Shown piece by piece: positions 10,295-17,808 of a stretch of DNA of 32,000 nucleotides (the first letter of the stretch is position 1; every line of letters begins with the position of its first letter). Made by a program: the position numbers and the translations under genes. This stretch comes from Pseudodesulfovibrio piezophilus C1TLV30 (GTDB lineage Bacteria > Desulfobacterota > Desulfovibrionia > Desulfovibrionales > Desulfovibrionaceae), in assembly GCF_000341895.1 (NCBI RefSeq), contig NC_020409.1, positions 2,970,001 through 3,002,000 of the forward strand. The letters are read 5' to 3'. Under the pieces are notes generated by a model that worked only from the letters and a program-made list of their open reading frames with translations, searched no databases and was not told the origin of the DNA.

Positions 10295-10412
10295 CGCCGT
10301 TTCGTCTGTCGTAACGCCTTGATGTCATATGGATCTCGGCGGACTCATGGGAACATCTTTGCCGAGGAGTATGTTCTCCTGCTCCATGGCCTTTGCAAAT
10401 GAAGGAAGAATA

Positions 10413-11468
10413 ATGGCTCAGACTATCAAAGCCGGATTGGTCGGTGTGACCGGCTACACCGGTATGGAATTGGCACGGCTCATGGTGCATCATTCATCCA
10501 TGGAGCTCGTTCGGGTGACTTCCCGGTCCGAGGCGGGTAAATCCCTTGCCGAAATTTATCCGTTTCTGAACAGGCTTCCTCTTGGTGATCTGGTTATTAC
10601 TCAACCGGACCCGGCTGATCTTGCTGCGGAATGTGATGTGGTTTTTCTAGCTGTTCCGCATAAAACAGCCATGGAAATTGCTGCGACCTTACTTGAAGAA
10701 GGCGTGAAAGTCGTTGACCTTTCGGCTGATTTTCGCCTCAATGACAAGGACACCTATGAGCAATGGTACGCGACGGAACACACCAGAGCCGGCCTGTTGT
10801 CCGAGGCGGTGTACGGTCTGCCTGAACTCTATCTTGATCAAATCATGGGCGCGCGTCTTATCGCCAATCCCGGATGTTATCCCACGTCATCCATTCTCGG
10901 ACTGGCTCCGGCGCTTGCTCGGGGCATTGTCCGTTCGGACGATATCGTGATTGACGCCAAGTCCGGTGCTTCAGGTGCAGGGCGCGGCAAGAGTATAGGG
11001 ACACTCTTTTGTGAAGTGCACGACTCCTTCCGCGCCTACGGGCTGCCCACTCATCGGCATACACCGGAAATCGAGCAGGAAATTTCCAAGATTGCAAACA
11101 CGCCCATAACCGTTTCCTTCAATACCCATCTGCTTCCTGTTGATCGCGGCATCTTGTCGACCATTTACACGAAGCTGACTGCTGATCTGTCTTTGGATGA
11201 GGTTCATGCAGTCTATACGGATTACTATGCGGATAAACCGTTGGTCCGTGTCATGCCCAAAGGGCAGTTGCCCGAGACCCGTTTTGTCCGTGGGACGGTC
11301 TTCTGCGATATCGGGCTGGTTGTCGATCCCCGCACGGGGCGGTTGGTCATCCTGTCTGCCATCGACAACCTCTGTCGTGGGGCATCGGGACAGGCTCTGA
11401 TGAACGCCAACCTGATCTGCGGTCTCGATATTGATGAAGGGGTACCCATGGCTCCGATGATGCCGTAA
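10413..11468 (+). CDS. argC: N-acetyl-gamma-glutamyl-phosphate reductase
   Basis: MAQTIKAGLVGVTGYTGMEL N-terminus (Rossmann GxxGxxG) with GAAGGA SD upstream. Active-site ANPGCYPTS. The track start at 10329 adds an unsupported 28 aa. Confidence 0.92.
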   Translation: MAQTIKAGLVGVTGYTGMELARLMVHHSSMELVRVTSRSEAGKSLAEIYPFLNRLPLGDLVITQPDPADLAAECDVVFLAVPHKTAMEIAATLLEEGVKVVDLSADFRLNDKDTYEQWYATEHTRAGLLSEAVYGLPELYLDQIMGARLIANPGCYPTSSILGLAPALARGIVRSDDIVIDAKSGASGAGRGKSIGTLFCEVHDSFRAYGLPTHRHTPEIEQEISKIANTPITVSFNTHLLPVDRGILSTIYTKLTADLSLDEVHAVYTDYYADKPLVRVMPKGQLPETRFVRGTVFCDIGLVVDPRTGRLVILSAIDNLCRGASGQALMNANLICGLDIDEGVPMAPMMP

Positions 11469-11488
11469 GTTCTTTCGTCATAACCGGA

Positions 11489-11538
11489 CGAGGGCCACAT
11501 GAAAAAACAGATTGAACTGATTTTTCATGTGGCCCTCG
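11489..11538. terminator. Strong hairpin / bidirectional terminator between convergent argC and mlaA
   Basis: Perfect 18 bp inverted repeat CGAGGGCCACATGAAAAA (11489-11506) / TTTTTCATGTGGCCCTCG (11521-11538), 14 nt loop. There is no external T-tract, but the inner stem is A/T-rich. Confidence 0.6.
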
Positions 11539-11544
11539 TGCGTG

Positions 11545-12342
11545 TTAACGCTTGATATCCAGTTCCCGTTTTTTCGTATAAATGAAGCGGACCATTTCAT
11601 ACTCGAAGGGAGAGCCTGTCGAGTGATATCTGAACGGTGTGTTGGCTCGAAGATTGATGCCCCGCACAAGCTGTTCAGTCAAGCTTCGGGCAGTGGTGTC
11701 ATCAACGCCAATGGCTCTGTAAATGTACTGCATCTCCAGATATTGGAGGAGCGTGTCACCACCATAGCCTGCGGCATCTCTGAGATTGGATGGCCCGATG
11801 ACCGGCATGACGAAGTAGGGACCGTTGCCCACTCCCCAGAAGCCCAGAGTCTGGCCTATGTCTTCCTGCTGGCGGGGTAGGGATTTTGCCTTGGATGCCT
11901 GGTCCCATATACCTGCGACGCCAAAGGTTGTGTTGATCAGGATTCGGGAAATCGTGATGAAAGATTTTTCCAATTTCCCTTGGAGGAGGCAGTTGACCAG
12001 AACAGGCACCTCGTGGAGGTTGTTGATGACATTGCTCACGCCAGTCCGGACCGGGGAGGGAAGAACCAGTCGGTAGGCTTTCGTCGCAGGAATCAGAACA
12101 TATTCATCCACATTGGCATTGAATTCATATAAATTCCGATTCATCGGCTCCCATGGATCGTAAACATCCAGGAACCTGAGCGATCGGGAATCTTCAGTGG
12201 GCCAGCGGTGAACCTGTGTCTTGAAACCTGTGGGTTGCAGATTCGACATGGGGTCAATGGTCGTCATGGTTTTGGGACCACATGCCCCGAGCAGGAGCAT
12301 CACCGCAAATATGAAGGCAAGATGGGGCTTGAGGTGTTTCAT
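11545..12342 (-). CDS. mlaA: MlaA/VacJ family outer-membrane lipoprotein
   Basis: Lipobox LLLGACG. DPWEPMNRNLYEFN, NLHEVPVLVNCLLQGK, INTTFGVAGIWD and GPYFVMPVIGPSNLRD are typical MlaA/VacJ blocks. Confidence 0.88.
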   Translation of the reverse strand: MKHLKPHLAFIFAVMLLLGACGPKTMTTIDPMSNLQPTGFKTQVHRWPTEDSRSLRFLDVYDPWEPMNRNLYEFNANVDEYVLIPATKAYRLVLPSPVRTGVSNVINNLHEVPVLVNCLLQGKLEKSFITISRILINTTFGVAGIWDQASKAKSLPRQQEDIGQTLGFWGVGNGPYFVMPVIGPSNLRDAAGYGGDTLLQYLEMQYIYRAIGVDDTTARSLTEQLVRGINLRANTPFRYHSTGSPFEYEMVRFIYTKKRELDIKR

Positions 12343-13607
12343 GGGCGCACCATCCGAACCATGGTTTCGACAAAGGCAGGATGTCTCATATTGCCGCAGT
12401 GTCCACCGGTGGGGAATAGAAAGGCCCGCGAGCCGAAAGTATTTTCGATGAACCGTAAATCATCCCTGTCAAGAATGACATCATCCCGATTGCCGATAAG
12501 GACTATCTTGTCGGTCGTCTTGAGGTATTCGCTGATATCCTTGAGACTGCACTGTCGCAACACTGTCCTCCTGTCCAGTCCCGGCTTCATGTATTGGATG
12601 AACGGGAGCAGGTATTCATCCAGATACTCTTCAAATCGAACGTCAAATGCCTGCTGGGCATACGGCAGTAATGATGTGCCCGTTTTGAGCGGATAGTCCT
12701 GAGGGGGAACGAGGTATTCCGCCCGTAGACAGACATCTGAGGCAAAGATCATGGAAGCGGATGAGGTGCGGAAAGCGCCTCCGATAAGTGTCTTGAGGTC
12801 TTTGTCCCGGAAATTTACACGGGTCACCATGCGGTAGAGAAAGTCATCATCGAGGTCGGTAACATCAGCGGTTCTGTAGTATTCTGAAAAGCGGTCAATG
12901 ACTTTTTCGATCTGCTCCCGGACCGTTGTATCGCCGAGGTTTTCGTCTGTCAGCCATGCATCAAGCCGTGTGACCGAACTGTAGAGGGACACGGGCGGAT
13001 TGATCATGAGCACTTTCTGAAAGCCAAAATCCTTCAGCGTGGAATCCGCATGGGCTATGAAGGCGGCATGCAGAGCGCCGAGACTGTACCCGGCCATGGA
13101 GTATCCGGTTATGTCACATTCCTTTTCCACATCTGTCTTGATCCACTGCATGACCTTGTATAAATCTGCTACGTCGTATGGGACATAGCCGGGAACCCCG
13201 TGCTCGGATGCACTGACAATGAAATTCATATGGGTTGGAGACGACAAAGCCACCACATGAAATCCGGCCTCATGGAAGACTTGAGTCAGGAATGCCATTT
13301 TCAGAGAATTGTGCTCGGCTCCGGTTCCGGCAATGAGAAAAAGTAGTGGGGCAGCCGTGTCTTGCAGGGCCGTTGTATAATACATGTCGCGGCTGTACGA
13401 GAAGACATTCGGAACCTGACGGCCTTCTATTCGGAGGGACCGGATTTCCGGTTTGACCGGATTGCTCACTCTATAGCGACTCTCTGGCGGTGTGCCATAG
13501 ACAGTGGCTTTGTACGGATTGTCAAATGGGTAATCATAGTCCGCCGCTCCAGCCGAGAGTATCGGAAGGAAAAGGACGAAAAAGGTAAAAGCAAGGGTGA
13601 ATCGCAT
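12339..13607 (-). CDS. Secreted alpha/beta-fold serine hydrolase (lipase/esterase-like), function unknown
   Basis: Start chosen at MRFTLAFTFFVLFLPILSAGA/ADY (signal peptide). Oxyanion-region LLFLIAGTG, nucleophile elbow GYSLG, acid DDVILD, His in TGGHCG. Its stop overlaps the mlaA ATG (ATGA, 12339-12342). Confidence 0.7.
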   Translation of the reverse strand: MRFTLAFTFFVLFLPILSAGAADYDYPFDNPYKATVYGTPPESRYRVSNPVKPEIRSLRIEGRQVPNVFSYSRDMYYTTALQDTAAPLLFLIAGTGAEHNSLKMAFLTQVFHEAGFHVVALSSPTHMNFIVSASEHGVPGYVPYDVADLYKVMQWIKTDVEKECDITGYSMAGYSLGALHAAFIAHADSTLKDFGFQKVLMINPPVSLYSSVTRLDAWLTDENLGDTTVREQIEKVIDRFSEYYRTADVTDLDDDFLYRMVTRVNFRDKDLKTLIGGAFRTSSASMIFASDVCLRAEYLVPPQDYPLKTGTSLLPYAQQAFDVRFEEYLDEYLLPFIQYMKPGLDRRTVLRQCSLKDISEYLKTTDKIVLIGNRDDVILDRDDLRFIENTFGSRAFLFPTGGHCGNMRHPAFVETMVRMVRP

Positions 13608-13916
13608 AAGCCTGCAAGGGAAAAAGATTGGATGGTCGCAAAAATATACGGAATAGACCCTATCGTGAACAGAAAAGGGATGCAATGGGTATCGGGGCGC
13701 TGGGGAAAGCCCGGTGTGTTGTGCCGGGTGTCGGAAGTGAGGAATCTTTCCCATGCCGCTCCTGTTTTGGAGAGAGCCCCAATGTCCACGACTTCCTCTT
13801 TCCCCATAGTATATGTATTAGACAACCTCTCTCAAATGCCTTACAAGCTTCCCCACACGCCGTGATTCGGCGTCTTTCCCCATGCCCGGAGAAAAATTTC
13901 ACTCACAATGAGAATT

Positions 13917-15722
13917 ATGAGCAATATCGATAAAATACGTAATTTCAGCATAATCGCCCATATCGACCACGGTAAGTCGACATTGGCTGATCGCATCCTT
14001 GAACTCACCGGTATGGTTGGGGATAGGGAAAAAAAAGATCAGTATCTGGACAAGATGGATCTGGAACGTGAACGTGGTATCACCATCAAGGCGCAAACTG
14101 TGCGCATCCCGTACACCGATAGCGATGGGCAGAAGTATATTCTCAATCTCATCGATACACCCGGTCACGTCGATTTCAGTTATGAAGTCTCGCGATCTCT
14201 TTCCTCCTGCGAAGGAGCCCTCCTGGTGGTCGACGCCACGCAGGGTGTCGAAGCGCAGACCTTGGCGAATGTCTATCTTGCCCTTGATAATGATCTGGAA
14301 GTCATTCCTGTTCTCAACAAGATAGACCTACCCAGTGCCGATCCCGAGCGGATCAGCCGTGAGATCGAAGATGTGATCGGCCTGGATTGCACCAATCCCA
14401 TTGCGGTTTCCGCCAAAACGGGCCTCAATGTTCAGGATGTTCTGGATGCAGTCATTCACTTGCTGCCTGCCCCCAAGGGGGACCCTGACGCTCCGCTCAA
14501 AGCTCTTATCTTTGATTCCTGGTATGACTCGTATCAGGGCGTGGTCGTCCTTTTTCGTCTTCTTGACGGGACAATCAAGAAGCGTGATCAAATCAAGATT
14601 TTCTCCACTGGCAAGAATTTCGAGGTCACCCGCCTCGGTGCATTCATGCCGGAAGCAGTGGACATCAAGGCCATGGGGCCGGGCGAAGTCGGATTCTTGT
14701 GCGCCTCCATGAAAGAATTGGGTGACGCGCCTGTGGGTGATACCATCACTCACGCAGAGCGGCCTGTCAGTGAGCCGTATCCCGGTTTTAAACCGGTCAA
14801 GCCCATGGTCTTTTCTGGATTGTATCCCATCGAGCCAAGTGAATACGAAACCCTTAAGGCCGCACTGGAGAAACTCCAGCTTAACGATGCCGCGTTCAGT
14901 TATGAGCCGGAGACATCGCAGGCTCTCGGGTTCGGATTTCGCTGTGGGTTCCTTGGGCTGCTGCACATTGAGATCATTCAGGAGCGGTTGGAACGGGAAT
15001 TTGAAGCCAAGCTCATTACCACGGCTCCCTCGGTTATTTACGAGGTCAAGACAATCGCTGGCGATATCTTGAGCATCGATAATCCGAGTAAGCTGCCCGA
15101 TCCGAGTAAAATCGACTCCATTCGCGAGCCGTATGCGCATTTGGAAGTGCATGTGCCCAATGAGTTTGTTGGCGCGGTGCTGGCTCTGTGCGAGGAGAAA
15201 CGTGGTATTCAGAAGAATATGGCCTACATCACGGAAAACCGTGTGGTCATCACTTATGAAATGCCTTTTGCCGAAGTCATGTACGATTTCTTCGACAAGC
15301 TGAAGTCCTCCACCAAGGGCTATGCCAGCCTTGACTACGAGATCATCGACTACCGAGAGGCCGATCTGGTACGCCTCGATATCCTGATCAACGGCGATCC
15401 TGTCGATACTTTTTCCTGTATTGTTCACAGGGAAAATTCGGCACGCACGGGTCGTTCGCTGGCTCTCAAGCTCAAGCGGTCCATACCGCGACAGATGTTC
15501 GAGGTGGTCATTCAGGCCGCCATCGGCAACAAGATTATCGCCAAGGAGCGTAATGCCCCATTCCGAAAGGATGTTACGGCAAAATGCTATGGTGGTGATA
15601 TCTCGCGTAAAAGAAAGCTGCTGGAGAAACAGAAAGAGGGGAAAAAACGAATGCGTCGCATGGGGAACGTCGAAATCCCACAGGAAGCCTTCCTTTCTGT
15701 GCTGAAGGCTGACGAAGATTAA
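13917..15722 (+). CDS. lepA: Translation elongation factor 4
   Basis: [39 protein letters not shown] GTPase motifs. LepA-specific C-terminal domain. Followed by lepB as in the classic operon. Confidence 0.95.
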   Translation: MSNIDKIRNFSIIAHIDHGKSTLADRILELTGMVGDREKKDQYLDKMDLERERGITIKAQTVRIPYTDSDGQKYILNLIDTPGHVDFSYEVSRSLSSCEGALLVVDATQGVEAQTLANVYLALDNDLEVIPVLNKIDLPSADPERISREIEDVIGLDCTNPIAVSAKTGLNVQDVLDAVIHLLPAPKGDPDAPLKALIFDSWYDSYQGVVVLFRLLDGTIKKRDQIKIFSTGKNFEVTRLGAFMPEAVDIKAMGPGEVGFLCASMKELGDAPVGDTITHAERPVSEPYPGFKPVKPMVFSGLYPIEPSEYETLKAALEKLQLNDAAFSYEPETSQALGFGFRCGFLGLLHIEIIQERLEREFEAKLITTAPSVIYEVKTIAGDILSIDNPSKLPDPSKIDSIREPYAHLEVHVPNEFVGAVLALCEEKRGIQKNMAYITENRVVITYEMPFAEVMYDFFDKLKSSTKGYASLDYEIIDYREADLVRLDILINGDPVDTFSCIVHRENSARTGRSLALKLKRSIPRQMFEVVIQAAIGNKIIAKERNAPFRKDVTAKCYGGDISRKRKLLEKQKEGKKRMRRMGNVEIPQEAFLSVLKADED

Positions 15723-15845
15723 TCGATTCATGTGATGCACAAGGAGGTCTGAAGGGGAGTCCCTTCGGCCGTCGGAAACGAAATCACCCGACATTGCCGC
15801 CTAGGCGGTTTCCGAATCTGATTTCACCATACCAGGAAATAACCA

Positions 15846-16466
15846 ATGACCAACGATTCCATGAAATCATTCCGCGACACTCTCGAAGCTATCGTCGTGG
15901 CGCTTCTTCTGGCTTTTGTCATCCGTGCCTTTGTGGTCCAGGCATTCAAGATTCCATCTGGTTCCATGCTGGAAACCCTTCAAATCGGTGATCACCTGCT
16001 GGTGAGCAAGTTTGCATATGATGTCCGTTTGCCGTCCGACATATGGCTTGATACCACCGACGGCAAAGTCCTTTACAAAACCAGTGATCCCGAACGCGGT
16101 GACATCATCGTTTTCAAATTCCCGCAGGATGAGTCCAAGGATTACATCAAGCGTATCATAGGCTTGCCCGGTGAAACCGTGGAAGTTCGCAACAAAGTCG
16201 TTTATATCAATGGCCAGCCGCTGGACGAACCGTATGTCCTGCACACTGATGCCAAGAATTTGCCTGTGCGTGACAACTTTGGCCCGGTAACTGTGCCGGA
16301 AGGCCGCTACTTCATGATGGGTGACAATCGAGAAGGCTCATTCGATTCCCGCTGGTGGGGAACCGTGAAGCGAGAGAAGATTGTCGGTAAAGCACTTATT
16401 ATCTACTGGTCTTGGGGATCTCTCACCGATATCCGTCTTGATCGTATCGGAACCATGTTCCGGTAA
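15846..16466 (+). CDS. lepB: Signal peptidase I
   Basis: Catalytic Ser box IPSGSMLETL, GDHLLVSKF, Lys box YIKRIIGLPGE, GDNREGSFDSRWWG. Confidence 0.93.
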   Translation: MTNDSMKSFRDTLEAIVVALLLAFVIRAFVVQAFKIPSGSMLETLQIGDHLLVSKFAYDVRLPSDIWLDTTDGKVLYKTSDPERGDIIVFKFPQDESKDYIKRIIGLPGETVEVRNKVVYINGQPLDEPYVLHTDAKNLPVRDNFGPVTVPEGRYFMMGDNREGSFDSRWWGTVKREKIVGKALIIYWSWGSLTDIRLDRIGTMFR

Positions 16467-16534
16467 GCATCTCTCAAAAGTGCCTCTGAATTTTCTTCCG
16501 AGGCAGGTAGGATCACGAGGGTGGTGCTCCAAAG

Positions 16535-16585
16535 AAAGATCAGAATCAATCGTCCTACAAGTGCGTTTGGTTCTGATCTTTTTTT
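16535..16585 (+). terminator. Rho-independent terminator of lepB
   Basis: AAAGATCAGAA (16535-16545) pairs with TTCTGATCTTT (16571-16581). The T-run continues to 16585. Confidence 0.6.
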
Positions 16586-16701
16586 GTGCCACCCCGAGAG
16601 GCTGTCCTGTTTTTCTTCTCAGAACCCAAAAGGTTTGTTCAGTGATGGAAAATCTCGTGCTCGGAACTAGGGACGAGCTGAAAAATCATGTCAACGGGGA
16701 G

Positions 16702-16757
16702 GTACAAAAAATGGGCCTGGCTCCTTACTCAATCGGAGAAAGTTGAATTTTTTGTAC
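16702..16757. repeat. Perfect 11 bp inverted repeat GTACAAAAAAT / ATTTTTTGTAC separated by 34 nt
   Basis: Arms at 16702-16712 and 16747-16757, read directly. About 100-155 bp upstream of the sigma-54-type promoter at 16857. Confidence 0.6.
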
Positions 16758-16811
16758 TGTTCGCTTTATGGGGCGGAAGTGGACATGAGAAGTTTATTTT
16801 CAGTAACTATC

Positions 16812-16830
16812 TGATATATAGGTGATATAT
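16812..16830. repeat. Tandem direct repeat TGATATAT-AGG-TGATATAT in an AT-rich spacer
   Basis: Copies at 16812-16819 and 16823-16830, with 11 bp periodicity. They lie between the inverted repeat and the -24 element. Possible bending or IHF-type site. Confidence 0.4.
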
Positions 16831-16856
16831 TTTTATTTTGGTTTTTTGAGAAGATG

Positions 16857-16872
16857 TGGCACGGAAGATGCT
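16857..16872 (+). promoter_or_regulatory. Sigma-54 (-24/-12) type promoter
   Basis: TGGCACGGAAGATGCT: GG and GC have the canonical spacing of TGGCAC-N5-TTGCW. Intergenic and AT-rich context. It shares the -12 flank ATGCTAA with the second candidate at 23005. Confidence 0.45.
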
Positions 16873-16882
16873 AATAAGAAAG

Positions 16883-16943
16883 TATCTTCCTTTTATTTGC
16901 ACTGAGAAAATCAAGGCCTCCGCAAGGGGGCTTTTCTCGTTTT
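16883..16943 (+). ncRNA. Candidate sigma-54-dependent small RNA (~60 nt), antisense to the last codons of the solute-binding protein gene
   Basis: Bounded by the predicted sigma-54 promoter (inferred +1 near 16883) and the GCAA-tetraloop terminator at 16915-16943. No ATG or ORF inside. Contains a CU-rich stretch UCUUCCUUUU. Confidence 0.3.
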
Positions 16944-17711
16944 GGTGGCAGGGAGCTTTGGACCAAAGAGGCCATGGTACTGCGCAATGATATCAGCCAA
17001 CTTGCCGGAGTTACGAATATCTCTGAAAGCTCGCCGAACCCGGTTGACAATTTCATCAGAGGTGGCGGTCCCAAAGGCCATGTAGAGATCTTCCTTAAAA
17101 AGGGGGAGCTGCTCCACCCAGTATTCGGGGTGCAATTGGGCCTTTTTGAGCCAACAGGCCAGTGAGAGCCGGTCCCCTGTTGTCAGGTCGATCCGCATGG
17201 TTTCCGGTTGGGATTTCATGGCGTTCTGCTGTTCGCTGTTGACCGGGAAGAGATTCACGCCTTCGATAAACCCTTTGGAAAGCAAGTAGTGGTGTGTGGA
17301 GGTCTGTCGCGTGACTCCCACGCGAAACCTTTTGGCATCGGCGAGGTTCCTGATCGTGATATCAGTCCTGTATTGGGGTTTGAAAAGATACATGTCGATA
17401 CTCAGGCCATCTATCTTGATCCATTTGAAGCTCTTACTGCGGGAAGGGAGTTTCAGGATGCTGTAAATGAGGATATTTTCGCCGTCGCGCGCCATGGTAT
17501 AGGCTCGGGCAAACGGGTACAATTCGATGGTATAATTCAACCTGCTTTGATCGAGCGCGGCGCGTATTATTTCAGTGACAACGCCAGATATTTCGCCATT
17601 TTTGCTGTACGTATATGGTGGCCATGTTTCGGTCACGACACGAATAGACTCCGCGTGTGTCGGGGGAGCATGCAGTATTAAGAGCAGGATGGGGAGATAC
17701 CACCACCTCAT
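16911..17711 (-). CDS. Periplasmic substrate-binding protein, family 3 (amino-acid ABC / PBPb-like), orphan
   Basis: Signal peptide MRWWYLPILLLILHAPPTHA. IRVVTETWPPYTY and later blocks are typical of SBP_bac_3-type proteins. No permease or ATPase gene is nearby. Confidence 0.7.
   Translation of the reverse strand: MRWWYLPILLLILHAPPTHAESIRVVTETWPPYTYSKNGEISGVVTEIIRAALDQSRLNYTIELYPFARAYTMARDGENILIYSILKLPSRSKSFKWIKIDGLSIDMYLFKPQYRTDITIRNLADAKRFRVGVTRQTSTHHYLLSKGFIEGVNLFPVNSEQQNAMKSQPETMRIDLTTGDRLSLACWLKKAQLHPEYWVEQLPLFKEDLYMAFGTATSDEIVNRVRRAFRDIRNSGKLADIIAQYHGLFGPKLPATKTRKAPLRRP
16915..16943. terminator. Bidirectional intrinsic terminator overlapping the 3' end of the solute-binding protein gene
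   Basis: GGCCTCC (16915-16921), GCAA loop, GGGGGCT (16926-16932), followed by TTTTCTCGTTTT on the + strand. On the - strand it is followed by CTTGATTTTCTC. Confidence 0.5.
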
Positions 17712-17808
17712 CGGCGTGTTCCTCTTTAATCTTAGTGGATACGGTTCTTCGCAAATCCATGAGCAAAGGTTCTAATATCCTAATAGACACTATCCGAAGA
17801 GGAATTGT

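Noticed and set aside
12208-12696. 162 aa plus-strand ORF across the hydrolase/mlaA junction
   Set aside because: It is antisense to two well-supported minus-strand genes and has no motifs.
14328-15794. 488 aa ORF on the minus strand
   Set aside because: It lies entirely antisense to lepA, whose product is unmistakable. The translation is low-information (Arg/Leu/Gly-rich) with no motifs. It is a typical shadow ORF.
16381-16746. 121 aa plus-strand ORF, and a 33 aa sub-ORF starting at 16645
   Set aside because: The long ORF starts inside lepB in another frame and runs through the lepB terminator. The short one has no SD, and I cannot support it from sequence alone.
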